64,000 nt of DNA from a virus (IMGVR_UViG_3300049203_000077:1-64000), one strand, 5' to 3'; positions 34,571 to 46,284 are shown, counted from the stretch's first letter. Notes: generated by a model from the letters alone, not told the origin. Numbers and translations: made by a program.

Positions 34571-36620
34571 AACCACAGAGTTTTTTAGAAATTTTAAAAA
34601 TCTTCCACCTCCAGGTACAAAAGAGTTTGATGATCTAGTTGATTGGGAACTCGATAAGTGTTTTGGAGGTATTAACATTGGTGGTGTTCACATTCCAGGA
34701 ATTCTCTATTCCTATCTAAATCACTGGAATATCATTGTCGATACAAAGGATAAATATGGAAACATTATTCGTACACCCAAGCATCCAGATTTACGTGATA
34801 ATGAATGGGAACGTGCAGAATACTATGAAAAAGCACGACTTGCCCAAAAGGGATATATTGAAGTTGGTCTTCGACAAGGTGGAAAGTCAGAGTGGGAAGC
34901 GGGGCATATTGGGCTTTCAGCGACGCTCTTCGAGAATAGTCAAAATGTTCTGGTATCTGGAAATGGTGCTGACTTACGTATTATCACCGAGAAGATTGAT
35001 TTTGGATGGAAGCATATGTGGGAAGGACTCAAAATCCCAAAACTAGATAAGGATTGGCGCAGACCTACTCTAAGACTAGGATTTAAAGATAAGAAGAATG
35101 AAGACCATGTGTGGAGCTGGATAATGATTCGTAATGCTGAAGAAGGCTTGAATACAGAAGCTGCAGCGGGTACAACAGCTAAAGCAGCAGTATTTGATGA
35201 GATTGGTAAATATCCATTCTCTCCAGTATTTGAGGCTCTTAAACCAGCCCTCTTATCGGAATTTGGATGGCGTTGTGTACCAATGCTTGTAGGAACAGGC
35301 GGTGCCTTCGAAAAAGGTGAGAACGCTGAACGTGTATTCTATCATCCTAGAGCTAACAACTTCCAAGAAATAATTGATCCAGAAACAGGTAAAGAAACAG
35401 GACTTTTTATGTCAGGTCTTTATAGACAAGACTGTAAATTCTGGTCAAATCTCTATGAGTATCTTCTATGTAAAGGATATGATAATATAGGAGATGAACT
35501 CAAAGACATCGCTATTAAGGTGTCTGACAAAGAGAAAGCTAGGCAAAAGATTGAAGAAGAGCGTCTTGCCAAGTCTAAAGACCCAGATAAAACGGAGTAC
35601 TTAAAACTTATAATGTACTACCCTCTTAATCCTAAGGAGTGTTTCTTATCAGGATCAACAAACCCGTTCCCTATACAAGCCGCTCAAGATCATTTAGAAT
35701 TCTTAAGACATAATAATATTACAGGACGTTACGTAAGATTTCATAGAGATTTAAATGGAAAAGTATACCACAAATTTGCAGAAGACCATGACAGACCAAT
35801 TAGTGAGTTCCCTACAAAGGGCAACCTGGGTAAAGATTGTCCCGTTGTTATATGGGAAGAACCAATATCCAATTCTCCAAGAGGTCTATACATCGCGGGG
35901 GCTGACCCTTATAATCAGTCCGTGTCTGCGTGGTCAGACTCTTTGGGAACCGTCTGCATCTGGAAAAGACAAATAGATGTGGCAGGTGAAACTTATCAAG
36001 ATCAGGTAGTAGCATCTCTAGCTTCAAGACCTCTTACAATGAATGAGTGGCACGAACAAGTGGAAATGTTATTAGAATATTACAATGCTGTGTGCTTCCC
36101 TGAAAATGAAGCTGGTACATTTATTCAACACTTTGAGCGTAAGAACAAAGGACATCTTCTAGCAGAAGGATTTAATATTGCTAAAGAGATTAATCCTAAT
36201 ACAAAAGCTACTGGTGGTGGACGTATTTATGGACTAGCAGCTACAGTGAAGAATATTGACTTCTGTATGTCTTTAATGTTGGACTACTGTAAAGAGCTAA
36301 TCCAAGTAGGTACTAATCCAGAAACAGGCGAACCTATTATGAGGCTCGGAATTACACGTATTAAAGACCCAATGCTCTTAGAAGAGATTATTAAATATGA
36401 TAATGAAGGTAACTTTGACCGCGTTGTAGCATTTAGACATGCTTTAGCATACGCTAGACACTTAGATAAGTACTATCCTATAGTAAATATTAAGGAACAA
36501 CCAAAGGCTACAGAGTTTAAAAGGAACCCTTTTACATCTTCTCCATTCTCACCAGTTATGGGAGGATTTACAAAATCAAATAGTCCTTTCCCCAAAATGC
36601 CTAAGAATGTTATACGATAA
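34560..36620 (+). CDS. terL: terminase large subunit
   Basis: Walker A variant GLRQGGKS, Walker B-like AAVFDEIGK, and a C-terminal nuclease motif LYIAGADPYNQS of the Y-x-G-x-D-P type seen in phage TerL; 686 aa. Confidence 0.7.
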   Translation: MEIRTTEFFRNFKNLPPPGTKEFDDLVDWELDKCFGGINIGGVHIPGILYSYLNHWNIIVDTKDKYGNIIRTPKHPDLRDNEWERAEYYEKARLAQKGYIEVGLRQGGKSEWEAGHIGLSATLFENSQNVLVSGNGADLRIITEKIDFGWKHMWEGLKIPKLDKDWRRPTLRLGFKDKKNEDHVWSWIMIRNAEEGLNTEAAAGTTAKAAVFDEIGKYPFSPVFEALKPALLSEFGWRCVPMLVGTGGAFEKGENAERVFYHPRANNFQEIIDPETGKETGLFMSGLYRQDCKFWSNLYEYLLCKGYDNIGDELKDIAIKVSDKEKARQKIEEERLAKSKDPDKTEYLKLIMYYPLNPKECFLSGSTNPFPIQAAQDHLEFLRHNNITGRYVRFHRDLNGKVYHKFAEDHDRPISEFPTKGNLGKDCPVVIWEEPISNSPRGLYIAGADPYNQSVSAWSDSLGTVCIWKRQIDVAGETYQDQVVASLASRPLTMNEWHEQVEMLLEYYNAVCFPENEAGTFIQHFERKNKGHLLAEGFNIAKEINPNTKATGGGRIYGLAATVKNIDFCMSLMLDYCKELIQVGTNPETGEPIMRLGITRIKDPMLLEEIIKYDNEGNFDRVVAFRHALAYARHLDKYYPIVNIKEQPKATEFKRNPFTSSPFSPVMGGFTKSNSPFPKMPKNVIR

Positions 36621-36695
36621 CCATAATATGTTATTCCAGTTACACAAAAAAATAACCGATAATAATTTCTTATATTTGCGGGTTTAAGACACAAT

Positions 36696-39380
36696 ATGGT
36701 AAGCTCATTTACTAACATAAACCCTAATACAAGTCTCCCACCACAGATGATTCCGTTGTCAAGAAAGACGGACGCTTGGAAGGAAGACACTATGAATTGC
36801 CTAGAAAATATTGGTAGTTCCCAATATATTCACAACCTTTCTCTTATTGAAAATTATGAGATGGTGAAAGGTAAGTTCATATTTAAGCATTATTTGGAAC
36901 AAGATGAATATGCTGATATGGTACATCAGCTTTCAAGAGAGTTTGAAGTTCCAAACTACCTACGTCACTACGATATCATCTCTCAAGTAATCAATACTCT
37001 CTCGGGCGAATTCCAAAAGCGACCAGATAATTTTCGTGTTAAAGGCTTCGATGAGAATACTACAAATAACTACATACGTGAAAAGTCAAGACTTCTTACA
37101 GAGTATGTAGCTCAAGAAATAAATAAAGAAATTGATCTTCGCCTGTCTGAAATGGGCTTTGATCCTTATAAGGAAGATTTTCAGTCTCCAGAAGAACAAC
37201 AAGAATACACACAAGAGATTGATCAACAACGACAAGCTCTTACTCCTCCAGAGATTGAAAAGTACATGAAGTATAAGTGGCAGGATGCCGCTGAAATATG
37301 GGGACAACATCAGCTCGAACTAGATAGACATAGGTTCTCTCTACCTGAAAAGGAAAGAAAAGAGTTTGAGGATATGTTGATTGCTGACAGATGTTTCCGT
37401 CATTTCTACCTCACCTCTAATGGGTATAACCAAGAAACCTGGAATCCTGTTAACACATTCTTTCATAAATCCCCAGAAGTTGATTATATTGAAGAAGGAG
37501 ACTATGTTGGTCGTATTCTTTTTCTTACAATTGGAGACGTTATTGATCGTTATGGGCATCTCTTAACAAAAAGACAGCTTAAGAAACTTGAGAAGCAAAG
37601 GGATGTAATGGGAGCTGAAGTTGGTAGAGATGGGTATGGAATTCCCTATGGATCTATTGTTCCATACGCTAACTATCCAGACGGCAAACTTATAACAGAC
37701 GCATTAGGATTTAATCCTGCAGCTCCAATTCCTACACTTAACGAATCATTCCTATCAGATACTTCAGAAATTAATCCATTTTATCTTAACACTAGAGGAT
37801 ATGTAAAAGTAGTAGAGGCTTATTGGAAGTCTCAAAGGATGATAGGACAAATATGTTATATTGATCCTGAAACAGGGCTATTAGCTAAAGGTCTAGTAGA
37901 TGAAACGTTTGTTCTTCCAGAAGGTTTCAAAGAAGCTAACTCCTCTCTCTACGATAATGAGAATACAGTAAACACTGTATGTTGGACATGGGTAAATGAA
38001 ACTTGGAGTGGTAAGAAAATATGCAAGCATGGAACGGACATGTTAGAAGATTTATTCTTTGATGTCAAACCCGTGCCGTTTCAGTTTAAAGGGGATCACA
38101 ATCCTTACTACTGTAAACTCCCTGTATGTGGACAAGTTTTCAGTAATAGGAACTCTCAATCAATGTCTTTAGTGGATTTGATGAAACCTTGGCAAATTGG
38201 GTTTAACGTAGCTGCTAATCAGCTTTATCAAATCATGCAACGTGAAATTGGTCGCTTCCTAATTATGGATGTGAACATGCTTACTGGTATGAAAGATTGG
38301 GGTGGTGAGAATGCTTATGAGAAGTTTTTATTGGTTGCCAAGTCATTAGGTGTTACATTTGTTGATACAAGTCCTCAAAACCTTAAAGGGGCTAACATAT
38401 CTAACACAATGCCCAGAGATGTAGACTTAGATGAGTCTTCTCGTATGATTTCTAGGGCTAAACTTATGGAGTTTTTTGAACAACGTGCCCTATCACAAGT
38501 TGGTATCACTCCACAACGTTTAGGTAATGTTGCTGCTTCAGAAACTGCCACAGGCACACAACAGGCTGTCACTCAATCTTTCGCACAAACAGAGAGCTAC
38601 TTCACAAGATTTAACGAGTATAAGAAGCGTACGTTCAAGATGAATCTTGATATAGCTCAATATGTACAGTCTAAAGAACAAGACGTCACTATTACATATA
38701 CTAAGAGTGATATGAGTAGAGCCTTTATTAAGATTAACGGCTTAGACCTATTGTTAGCTGATCTACATGTGTATGTATCTAATTCTCAAGAGGACGTACG
38801 TCAACTTGAGACATTACGTCAACTGTTTATGACTAATAATAATGTAGGAGCTACTCCTCTTGATCTTGCTACTGTTATTACTTCTAATAGTCCTGCAGAA
38901 ATTAAAGTACAGCTTGAAGTTGCTGCTGCTAATAATGAGAAGAAATACCAAGAACAAATGCAGCTTGAACAGCAAAAGATGGAAACTGAAAAACAAATTG
39001 CTCAAGCTAAGATGGACTTTGAAGCAGAACAGAACCAACTTGACAGGGAGAATGAACTTCAAAAAGCCTATATTGCATCGTTCTCACGTCAGGATGATAA
39101 CACCAAAGATCAAGACGCAACAGGTATTCCTGATATATTAGAATACGATAAACTTGCTGTCACCGTAGATGCTCAAACTCAGAAACTTCAACTTGAAAGA
39201 GAAAAAGCTCAAAATGATAGAGAGAAGTTTATAATAGACCAAGAAATGAAATTAAGAGAGCTCGCTCTTAAGCAAAGAGAGCTAGAAGTGCGTCAAAGAA
39301 TTGAGCAAGAAAAGGTAAAAGTAGCAAAAATAAACAAAAACAAATACGATAAAAAGACACCTTCTAAGAAGAAAAAATAA
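36696..39380 (+). CDS. putative portal protein
   Basis: 894-aa ORF directly after TerL; coiled-coil, lysine-rich C-terminal tail; assignment by position and size only. Confidence 0.45.
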   Translation: MVSSFTNINPNTSLPPQMIPLSRKTDAWKEDTMNCLENIGSSQYIHNLSLIENYEMVKGKFIFKHYLEQDEYADMVHQLSREFEVPNYLRHYDIISQVINTLSGEFQKRPDNFRVKGFDENTTNNYIREKSRLLTEYVAQEINKEIDLRLSEMGFDPYKEDFQSPEEQQEYTQEIDQQRQALTPPEIEKYMKYKWQDAAEIWGQHQLELDRHRFSLPEKERKEFEDMLIADRCFRHFYLTSNGYNQETWNPVNTFFHKSPEVDYIEEGDYVGRILFLTIGDVIDRYGHLLTKRQLKKLEKQRDVMGAEVGRDGYGIPYGSIVPYANYPDGKLITDALGFNPAAPIPTLNESFLSDTSEINPFYLNTRGYVKVVEAYWKSQRMIGQICYIDPETGLLAKGLVDETFVLPEGFKEANSSLYDNENTVNTVCWTWVNETWSGKKICKHGTDMLEDLFFDVKPVPFQFKGDHNPYYCKLPVCGQVFSNRNSQSMSLVDLMKPWQIGFNVAANQLYQIMQREIGRFLIMDVNMLTGMKDWGGENAYEKFLLVAKSLGVTFVDTSPQNLKGANISNTMPRDVDLDESSRMISRAKLMEFFEQRALSQVGITPQRLGNVAASETATGTQQAVTQSFAQTESYFTRFNEYKKRTFKMNLDIAQYVQSKEQDVTITYTKSDMSRAFIKINGLDLLLADLHVYVSNSQEDVRQLETLRQLFMTNNNVGATPLDLATVITSNSPAEIKVQLEVAAANNEKKYQEQMQLEQQKMETEKQIAQAKMDFEAEQNQLDRENELQKAYIASFSRQDDNTKDQDATGIPDILEYDKLAVTVDAQTQKLQLEREKAQNDREKFIIDQEMKLRELALKQRELEVRQRIEQEKVKVAKINKNKYDKKTPSKKKK

Positions 39381-39414
39381 GAAATGCCATATATCATCAA
39401 CAATAAAGATGGTA

Positions 39415-39446
39415 TTTGCGTAATCATAAATAGTTACTTAAATTTG
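39415..39446 (+). promoter_or_regulatory. Bacteroidetes-type promoter
   Basis: TTTG at 39415..39418, a 20-nt spacer, TAAATTTG at 39439..39446, upstream of the ATG at 39478. Confidence 0.5.
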
Positions 39447-39477
39447 CATAAGATAATACATTAAAAACCAATCAACA

Positions 39478-40740
39478 ATGGATGGATTAGAAACAACTAT
39501 TGTAAATATTGACGAATCAGCACTAGAGCAGCTGTTCGATGAAACTCCAGAGAAGACAGTGAATGCTGACACTCTTATTGGAGGACGTAAAGAAAAAACA
39601 TCCTCTCAGAATGAAGAAAATGAAGTTGAAGAGGAAGAAGTAGAAGAAGCACCAAAGAAAAAGGCTGCACCTAAACAACCTAAAGTAAGACAAGAAGAAG
39701 CTATCATTGACCTCAATGATAACGACATTGAAGACTTCAACGAAAACAACGACGAAGAAGAAAATGAAGTAGAAGAAGAGGAAGAAGAAAAGCCTAAGAA
39801 ACCTACAAAGAAATCTGAATCTGCTCAGAAAGCTCAAGAGGCTGAAGAAAAGAAAGGAGAAGTATTCTCAGTATTAAAACACACTGTAGATTATCTAGTT
39901 GAGCAGGGCGCGTGGGAAGATTTTGAAGGACGTGAAGAAATGGAACTTGATGAGGAAGCTTATGCTAAACTTGTTATGGAACAAGATAAGCGTCGTGTTC
40001 AAGGAATGTTTGAAGAACTAGTTGACAGTACTGGTCCATTTGGAAAAGCTATTATTGACTATGTAAAAAATGGTGGAAACCCTGATGAGATTATAGACCT
40101 ATTTAAAGAACAAAAACAAATTGATAGTATTAATATCAATACTCTTGAAGGTCAAAAAGAAATCATCAAGCATTACTACACAGAAGTGATGGGATGGAAA
40201 CTAGAAAAAGCAGAAAAATATATTTCTAATCTTGTTCTTTCAGATGAATTAGAAGCTGAAGCTCAGGAAGTAAAAGAGAATATAAGCACATTCTATCAAA
40301 AGGAAACTCAGCGCCTAAACCAAGAGCGTGAAGCTTTTGCTAAGAGACAAGAGGAAGCAGAACAGGCTTTTGAATCTAATATTCGTTCTGCTGTTAAAGA
40401 ACGCAAAGATCTGACATCTTCTGAGCGTAAAACTGTCGAAGACTATCTTCTACGTTATGATCAAAAGTTACCAAATGGTAATATGGTGAATAAGTTCTAC
40501 GTTAATTTCGCTAAAATGCAGGCCAATCCTGCTGATTATATTGACCTTGTACTTTTTGTAATGGATAAACAAAAATTCGTTCAGAAAGTAGCTACAAAGG
40601 AAAAAACAGAAGCTGCTGCTAGCGCCTTTAAATTTATAAAAGGTAATGGTGCAGTATCTGCTAAAAAAGGCTCTTCTTATGAGCAAATTAGAAAGAATGA
40701 TAAAGTCACCGGGTTTGACTGGGGGCTTCCTTCAAAATAA
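39478..40740 (+). CDS. acidic coiled-coil protein, scaffold-like
   Basis: 420 aa; poly-E tracts such as EEEVEEEEEEKPKK and heptad-rich segments; located between the putative portal and the capsid gene. Confidence 0.4.
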   Translation: MDGLETTIVNIDESALEQLFDETPEKTVNADTLIGGRKEKTSSQNEENEVEEEEVEEAPKKKAAPKQPKVRQEEAIIDLNDNDIEDFNENNDEEENEVEEEEEEKPKKPTKKSESAQKAQEAEEKKGEVFSVLKHTVDYLVEQGAWEDFEGREEMELDEEAYAKLVMEQDKRRVQGMFEELVDSTGPFGKAIIDYVKNGGNPDEIIDLFKEQKQIDSININTLEGQKEIIKHYYTEVMGWKLEKAEKYISNLVLSDELEAEAQEVKENISTFYQKETQRLNQEREAFAKRQEEAEQAFESNIRSAVKERKDLTSSERKTVEDYLLRYDQKLPNGNMVNKFYVNFAKMQANPADYIDLVLFVMDKQKFVQKVATKEKTEAAASAFKFIKGNGAVSAKKGSSYEQIRKNDKVTGFDWGLPSK

Positions 40741-40771
40741 CAAAGTATAACCTAAAAATTAAAATTTAAAC

Positions 40772-42400
40772 ATGGCAAAGATTCAAACACCTAGTCTAAC
40801 TGGTTTTAACAACTCTGTTGTTGTTGGACAGACTAAGTTTGATATTAACAAGTACACCGACCTGAACAGCCTTTACAGTCTGTATAGGAAAGACTCATTC
40901 ACTACATACAAGGGGATGATCCATTTGTGGAACCAGCGTAAGCTGATGAACACTCCATTGATCTCTCAGACTGAGCTTAATAATTCTGTAATGTATGTGA
41001 ACGGTCCTGAAGGCAAGTTCCGTTATAGCATTCCATATGATATGGGTCTTCCATACTCTGTGGAAGATATGACTGGTGACATAGAGCGCCCAGGTCTCGA
41101 TGGACAAAAGTTTAAGATCAAACTTAGTGAAAACTGTTTTACTAATACAGATATTATCACCTACGACTTACGTGATGGTGTTACTCTATACATCACTGAA
41201 GAGGAAATCTACGAAGAAAGTGATGGCTGGGTGTACACAGTAATTATTCCTACTTCAAACAAGACAAAATCATTCCCTAAACGTTTCTTGCAACCCGGCG
41301 TGGAATACTGCAAAATTACAAACGTTAATGGTGAGTATGATACTCAAAAGTCAAGCATCTGGCTGCGTCAAGGTTCTTTAGATCTTGAAATGCAACTTGG
41401 AGGTGGACGCTCAGTTTACCACTGGATTACTGCATATGCAGATATGTTAAAGGTAGACGGAGGTGATCCTCGCTACGGTTGGATGAACCAATATGCTGAT
41501 TTGAAGAAAAATAACTCAACTCTTGTATTCTTCAACAAGGATCAATATGGTAATGCTATTCCTTCTTCAGTGAAGTGGATGAACCGTATTGAAGCTATGT
41601 TGTGGGCTGAGATGAAGATGATGGAAGAAAAAGACTTGATGTGGAATAAAGGTGGTATTGTAGTTGGTTCTGGTGGTCGTCATGTTCGTGTAAACACAGG
41701 TTTATATGAACAGATGAGAAACGGTAATCGTGTGCAGTATACAACCCTAACACTAGCTCTAATTGAGGAAACTCTTTCTAACCTGTTCTACAACTCAGGA
41801 GTTCCTTTCGAACAACGTAGAACAAAAATTATGGTTGGTACTGGGGCTATGATTGAGGTTAGCAAGCTTCTTGCTGACGACTTCAAACACAGCAATCCAT
41901 TCCTTGTAAATGCTGGTGATGTTAAAGGTTATCTATATGGCAATGCTATGAATCTGGGCTATGGTTTCAGATTTACGTCTAAGCGTTGGCCTGTAGCAGG
42001 TGAAGTTACTTTTGAGTACAATCCTGCTCTTGATAACACTTACAATCGTATCCAAGATGGACTAATTGGTGAATTCCCAATTGAATCATATACTCTGATG
42101 ATTCTTGACATTACTGATGGTGGTACCTCAAATGCTGCCGGTAAACCTAGAGAAGTTGAATATCGTGTTCAAGACGGTTTCAATGATAACTCTAATCTTG
42201 TAATGATTAAAACTGAAGGGTATGCTGATACTATCTGGGGATACGAACTTGGTACACATTCGCCACTTGGTACTAAAGGTCCAATCTACTCAAGTTCTCA
42301 ACGTGATGGTTATGCCATCTGGATGAAGAACATGAGTTCTATCTGGTTGAAAGACGCTACTCGTTCAGTAATTATTGAGAAGAAAAGAACATTGTTCTAA
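40772..42400 (+). CDS. putative major capsid protein
   Basis: 542-aa ORF in portal-scaffold-capsid order; no motif evidence. Confidence 0.45.
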   Translation: MAKIQTPSLTGFNNSVVVGQTKFDINKYTDLNSLYSLYRKDSFTTYKGMIHLWNQRKLMNTPLISQTELNNSVMYVNGPEGKFRYSIPYDMGLPYSVEDMTGDIERPGLDGQKFKIKLSENCFTNTDIITYDLRDGVTLYITEEEIYEESDGWVYTVIIPTSNKTKSFPKRFLQPGVEYCKITNVNGEYDTQKSSIWLRQGSLDLEMQLGGGRSVYHWITAYADMLKVDGGDPRYGWMNQYADLKKNNSTLVFFNKDQYGNAIPSSVKWMNRIEAMLWAEMKMMEEKDLMWNKGGIVVGSGGRHVRVNTGLYEQMRNGNRVQYTTLTLALIEETLSNLFYNSGVPFEQRRTKIMVGTGAMIEVSKLLADDFKHSNPFLVNAGDVKGYLYGNAMNLGYGFRFTSKRWPVAGEVTFEYNPALDNTYNRIQDGLIGEFPIESYTLMILDITDGGTSNAAGKPREVEYRVQDGFNDNSNLVMIKTEGYADTIWGYELGTHSPLGTKGPIYSSSQRDGYAIWMKNMSSIWLKDATRSVIIEKKRTLF

Positions 42401-42413
42401 TCTACTATAGGCT

Positions 42414-43391
42414 TTGAAAGTTGTGCCCACTAAACAACTTTCTTTTAATTTATTAGGAGTAGGATTTTTATCTAAATCACTCCATAAAAAACCAAACAAA
42501 TCAATGAGTACATTAATTGAAGTGAAACAAGCACCTGATCAAAGCGCACAGTCTATAGGACTTGATAAGTATAATCGGAGCAAGTTTCCAAAGGTATTTG
42601 AAATCATGCAGCCCGGTCGTACTCCGGATGGCAGATGGGTAACAGGACTTGATGAAAGGGCCACTTCTCTAAACCAAATTAAAGATCCTGTGCTGCAGGC
42701 TCAACGTAGAGAAGAAATCCGTGAACTCAGAGAAGAACTAGAACGTCTAACAAATCTAGACCTCTCCGCTACTTCTAAGTACTGGGAAACCTATTTTATA
42801 AAAATAGTAGATAAACTAGCACTGAATTTTGACTTAGCTAGTGATCGTATAAAATACTATGTACTTCTGGCAAATGAATACGCTGCTCCTGAGTTAGAAG
42901 CGCGTAACAATCCAGATTTAATAAATACAAAGTTTTACGTACATCGTACAGAAACTGAAGAAGGTTCTAAAGCTATTAAGAGCAAGGAACGTGATAAAGC
43001 TATCGCCACTCTTTATAATATGTCCGAGAATCAAGACAAGCTTACACTTATTGGTAAGTATGTTCTTGGTACAAAGGTCAAGAACGGTATGAGTAGTAAC
43101 AGCATCTATAATATTCTTCGCAGTCATATAGAAACGGATAAAGATGGCGGTATTGTGCGTAAATTCAATGAGGCTACTTCTAAAACAATAGAAGAGTTAC
43201 AATACAAACTTGTTATTGATGACGCTGTTTCTAAACACGTTATCCGTATTAGAGAAGGATATTACCAAAGAGGTAACGCTACTTATGGTAAGAGTATAAA
43301 AGAGGTAGTCAAATATCTAAGTTCTCCTGAAAACGCTAATGAGTTTGCTTCTATTAAAGAAGAATTAGAAGAAAAACGTACTTTAGGTTAA
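42414..43391 (+). CDS. structural protein, unknown function
   Basis: 325-aa ORF; an alternative start at 42504 (MSTLIEV). Confidence 0.4.
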   Translation: MKVVPTKQLSFNLLGVGFLSKSLHKKPNKSMSTLIEVKQAPDQSAQSIGLDKYNRSKFPKVFEIMQPGRTPDGRWVTGLDERATSLNQIKDPVLQAQRREEIRELREELERLTNLDLSATSKYWETYFIKIVDKLALNFDLASDRIKYYVLLANEYAAPELEARNNPDLINTKFYVHRTETEEGSKAIKSKERDKAIATLYNMSENQDKLTLIGKYVLGTKVKNGMSSNSIYNILRSHIETDKDGGIVRKFNEATSKTIEELQYKLVIDDAVSKHVIRIREGYYQRGNATYGKSIKEVVKYLSSPENANEFASIKEELEEKRTLG

Positions 43392-43402
43392 AACTTTAAC
43401 AG

Positions 43403-44074
43403 ATGACATCTGCAGAGGCCTTCAAAAGATTTCAGCTCAAAATAAACAAGAATGATACAAACACTGATGTTGATATTAACAGAGGTGAATTTGTACTTCT
43501 TTACAATGAGCAGAAAGATATATGGTTAAGAGAGAAGGTACATACATACCAATCTTCAGATGCTGTTCATGACCTTCAAGAAATTCAAGTTAAATATAAA
43601 GAGCTAGAACTTCTTTACAGAGAAAAGGACTACGATGTATTCAACCTCCCTGATAATTTCTCAGACTATATAAGTTCTTATTCTTTGTGTACTGATGGAA
43701 CTTGTCCAGACATAATTATAAGACATCTTCCTTTCAAACCAAAGAATGAAAATATGCTATTAGAGAGCAGTAATTATGAGCCCTCTTTAGAGTTTGAAGA
43801 AACTGTCGTAGATTTGTCTAATAATCAGCTATTTGTATACAAAAAGGACTTTAGCGTTACAAAAACATTGCTCAATTACTACAGGAATGTAGGAGCAATA
43901 GATATAGAAGGATATATAAAGCTTGATGGTTCTCTTTCTACAAACATAGACCCTGATTTAACAGATTTATATGTTGATGAAATATTGAATCGCTGTGCTA
44001 AGGAGGTTATAAGAAGATATGAAAACCCTGAAGGCTTTCAATTAGCTCAGGATAGATTAAATAGTGAAAAATAA
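43403..44074 (+). CDS. structural protein, unknown function
   Basis: 223-aa ORF. Confidence 0.4.
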   Translation: MTSAEAFKRFQLKINKNDTNTDVDINRGEFVLLYNEQKDIWLREKVHTYQSSDAVHDLQEIQVKYKELELLYREKDYDVFNLPDNFSDYISSYSLCTDGTCPDIIIRHLPFKPKNENMLLESSNYEPSLEFEETVVDLSNNQLFVYKKDFSVTKTLLNYYRNVGAIDIEGYIKLDGSLSTNIDPDLTDLYVDEILNRCAKEVIRRYENPEGFQLAQDRLNSEK

Positions 44075-44097
44075 AAATTTTAAAACAATAACAACAG

Positions 44098-46284
44098 ATG
44101 CAGAATCAATCGTTTAGACGTGTATTCGTTAGTAATACTCCCGTCTTACTTGCGTCAGGTACAACCGTGGATCTAGCAGTAGGTCAAGTAGGTTTCTTTG
44201 ATGGAAACACATACACAGCTACTACAGCTCCCACTTACGCAACAAACAAAGCAATCTACATTGGCCAAGGGATGCCCGATGTAAGTCACTTGCCTTTAAT
44301 GGCAGGAATCCCACAAACTAATCAGCTTTCTAAACTGATTAAGGGTAAACTGTTAAAGAAAATTCGTCGTAAATCAGCTAGTCGTGGTCAAAACCAAGTT
44401 GTAGCTATAGGTTTCGATGGTATTGACACAACTAAAACATTATCTGCTCGCTGCGGTGAGGTACGTACAGTATATGTTAAGGCAACAGGTAACCCAATTG
44501 ATAAACTATATTCTAAACACGGCTTTATTCGTCAATACCGTATTGACACTGGTTGTTGCGATGAATGCGGCGGAGATTCTTGCGCAGATGTAGACCCTTC
44601 AGCACTTGCTGACATTCTAGTTGAGAAAATCAACACAGATCCTAAATGGAATGCAGGTGGTGGTCAACTATTCCGCGCTAGAAAAGTATTAAGTTCTGCT
44701 TTAGATACCACAGGTACTACAGTATATAATATATACAATTTAGTTATTGCTGATAATGGTGATGAAGCCTCATTAGCTACTGTTCAAGTACAGTACCCTG
44801 GATTTACTGTAAAACGTATATCTCGTGATGGTATCATAAGCACTTATGAGTTAATCGCTACAAGTCTACCTGCTGCGTTTACAAATGCTGGTTTATTCAC
44901 AATTGCTAATTGTGAGACATGTCCTACAGGCTATACATTAAACGCTAACCAATACATCTACCTCGTTAGAAAGATGGATGCTGGAGATGCTGCAGCATTA
45001 GCTACTGTGACATCACAATATGGAATTGTATCTCCAGAAACAATTGCACGTATTGCATATACATTCGGACAATCTACTTACATCATTAGAACATCTGCTG
45101 CCGTATCTCCTACTGCTGCTGCTAATGAAGTGCAAAGTGTAATTGCTACAGGTGCAACTGCTGGTAACTTCACATTAACTTTTGATGGTGAAACTACAGC
45201 TAACATCGCTTACAACGCGAACGCTGCTGCTGTTCAATCAGCTTTAGAAGCTCTGTCAAATATTAATCCTGGTGACGTAACTGTTGCTGGTGGTGCTCTT
45301 CCAGGTACTGCTGTAACTATCACATTTGGTGGACAGTATGCAAATACTAACGTTCCTCAAATGACTGCCGATAGTTCTGGTTTAACTGGTGGTACTGCTG
45401 TTGTTTCAACAACAACTGCTGGTGCAGCTAGTGCTGGTACTTACCAACTGTTAGCTGACAACCAGACTAGCACTTGCGTACTTACCACTCCAACTACTAC
45501 AGCTTGGTCTGATGTAGGTGATTTATATGCTTTCCCTAAAGAATACACAATCACATTACAAGATAATGTGTGCGGTGAGTCTCGTTTGACTGAATTACAA
45601 GCTTACTATCCAGACTTGACAATTGTTCAAGAAGCTGATGGTCCAGTAGATTGTATTCATCAATATTCTACAACTATTCTTTCTGAGCCTACTTCAATAG
45701 ATTGTGCGGTAGATCAATTAGTCTTCCCTCCAATCCCTGCATTTGGTAATGCTCAATGGAAAGAAGTAGCTACTACTCCTAGTGGTACTGTACAGGCTGG
45801 TGTATTAATTGAAACAGCCTTTGTAAATCGTATCACTGGTGATTGCACCTATGAGTACTTCCCATATGAAGCTGATACAATTCATATTGAAGTAAGTGAA
45901 TACAATGCTGATTACAATGCTTCTCCTTGTGAGAATCGTTGGCCAGTTTCTGAAATTCAAAGTGTTAAATACCCTCAAGGTGTAGGTGCTCGTGTTCGTG
46001 ATGAAGAAAAGAAATCTCTTTCTTACTTCTTACAAGAACGCTCTATGGATCCTGCTGTTCGTGAAGCTGAAGGCTACGTTCTTCAGACTAATCCTCAAGC
46101 ATATTACGATGAGTTTACTATCGAATATGACTTCAAATACAAAGTAGGTGGATGGTCAGAGACTTACACAGACAGCTATCACCAAGTAATCTACGTACCA
46201 GAAGGTTCTGGTACTCAGCTGCAACAGGCTTTAATTACTTACGCTGAAAGCGTTGGTAATGATGTAGAAATTGAATTGAACTAA
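44098..46284 (+). CDS. large structural protein, T/A/G-rich and beta-rich (tail or capsid-decoration candidate)
   Basis: 728-aa ORF with an Ig-like composition. Confidence 0.4.
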   Translation: MQNQSFRRVFVSNTPVLLASGTTVDLAVGQVGFFDGNTYTATTAPTYATNKAIYIGQGMPDVSHLPLMAGIPQTNQLSKLIKGKLLKKIRRKSASRGQNQVVAIGFDGIDTTKTLSARCGEVRTVYVKATGNPIDKLYSKHGFIRQYRIDTGCCDECGGDSCADVDPSALADILVEKINTDPKWNAGGGQLFRARKVLSSALDTTGTTVYNIYNLVIADNGDEASLATVQVQYPGFTVKRISRDGIISTYELIATSLPAAFTNAGLFTIANCETCPTGYTLNANQYIYLVRKMDAGDAAALATVTSQYGIVSPETIARIAYTFGQSTYIIRTSAAVSPTAAANEVQSVIATGATAGNFTLTFDGETTANIAYNANAAAVQSALEALSNINPGDVTVAGGALPGTAVTITFGGQYANTNVPQMTADSSGLTGGTAVVSTTTAGAASAGTYQLLADNQTSTCVLTTPTTTAWSDVGDLYAFPKEYTITLQDNVCGESRLTELQAYYPDLTIVQEADGPVDCIHQYSTTILSEPTSIDCAVDQLVFPPIPAFGNAQWKEVATTPSGTVQAGVLIETAFVNRITGDCTYEYFPYEADTIHIEVSEYNADYNASPCENRWPVSEIQSVKYPQGVGARVRDEEKKSLSYFLQERSMDPAVREAEGYVLQTNPQAYYDEFTIEYDFKYKVGGWSETYTDSYHQVIYVPEGSGTQLQQALITYAESVGNDVEIELN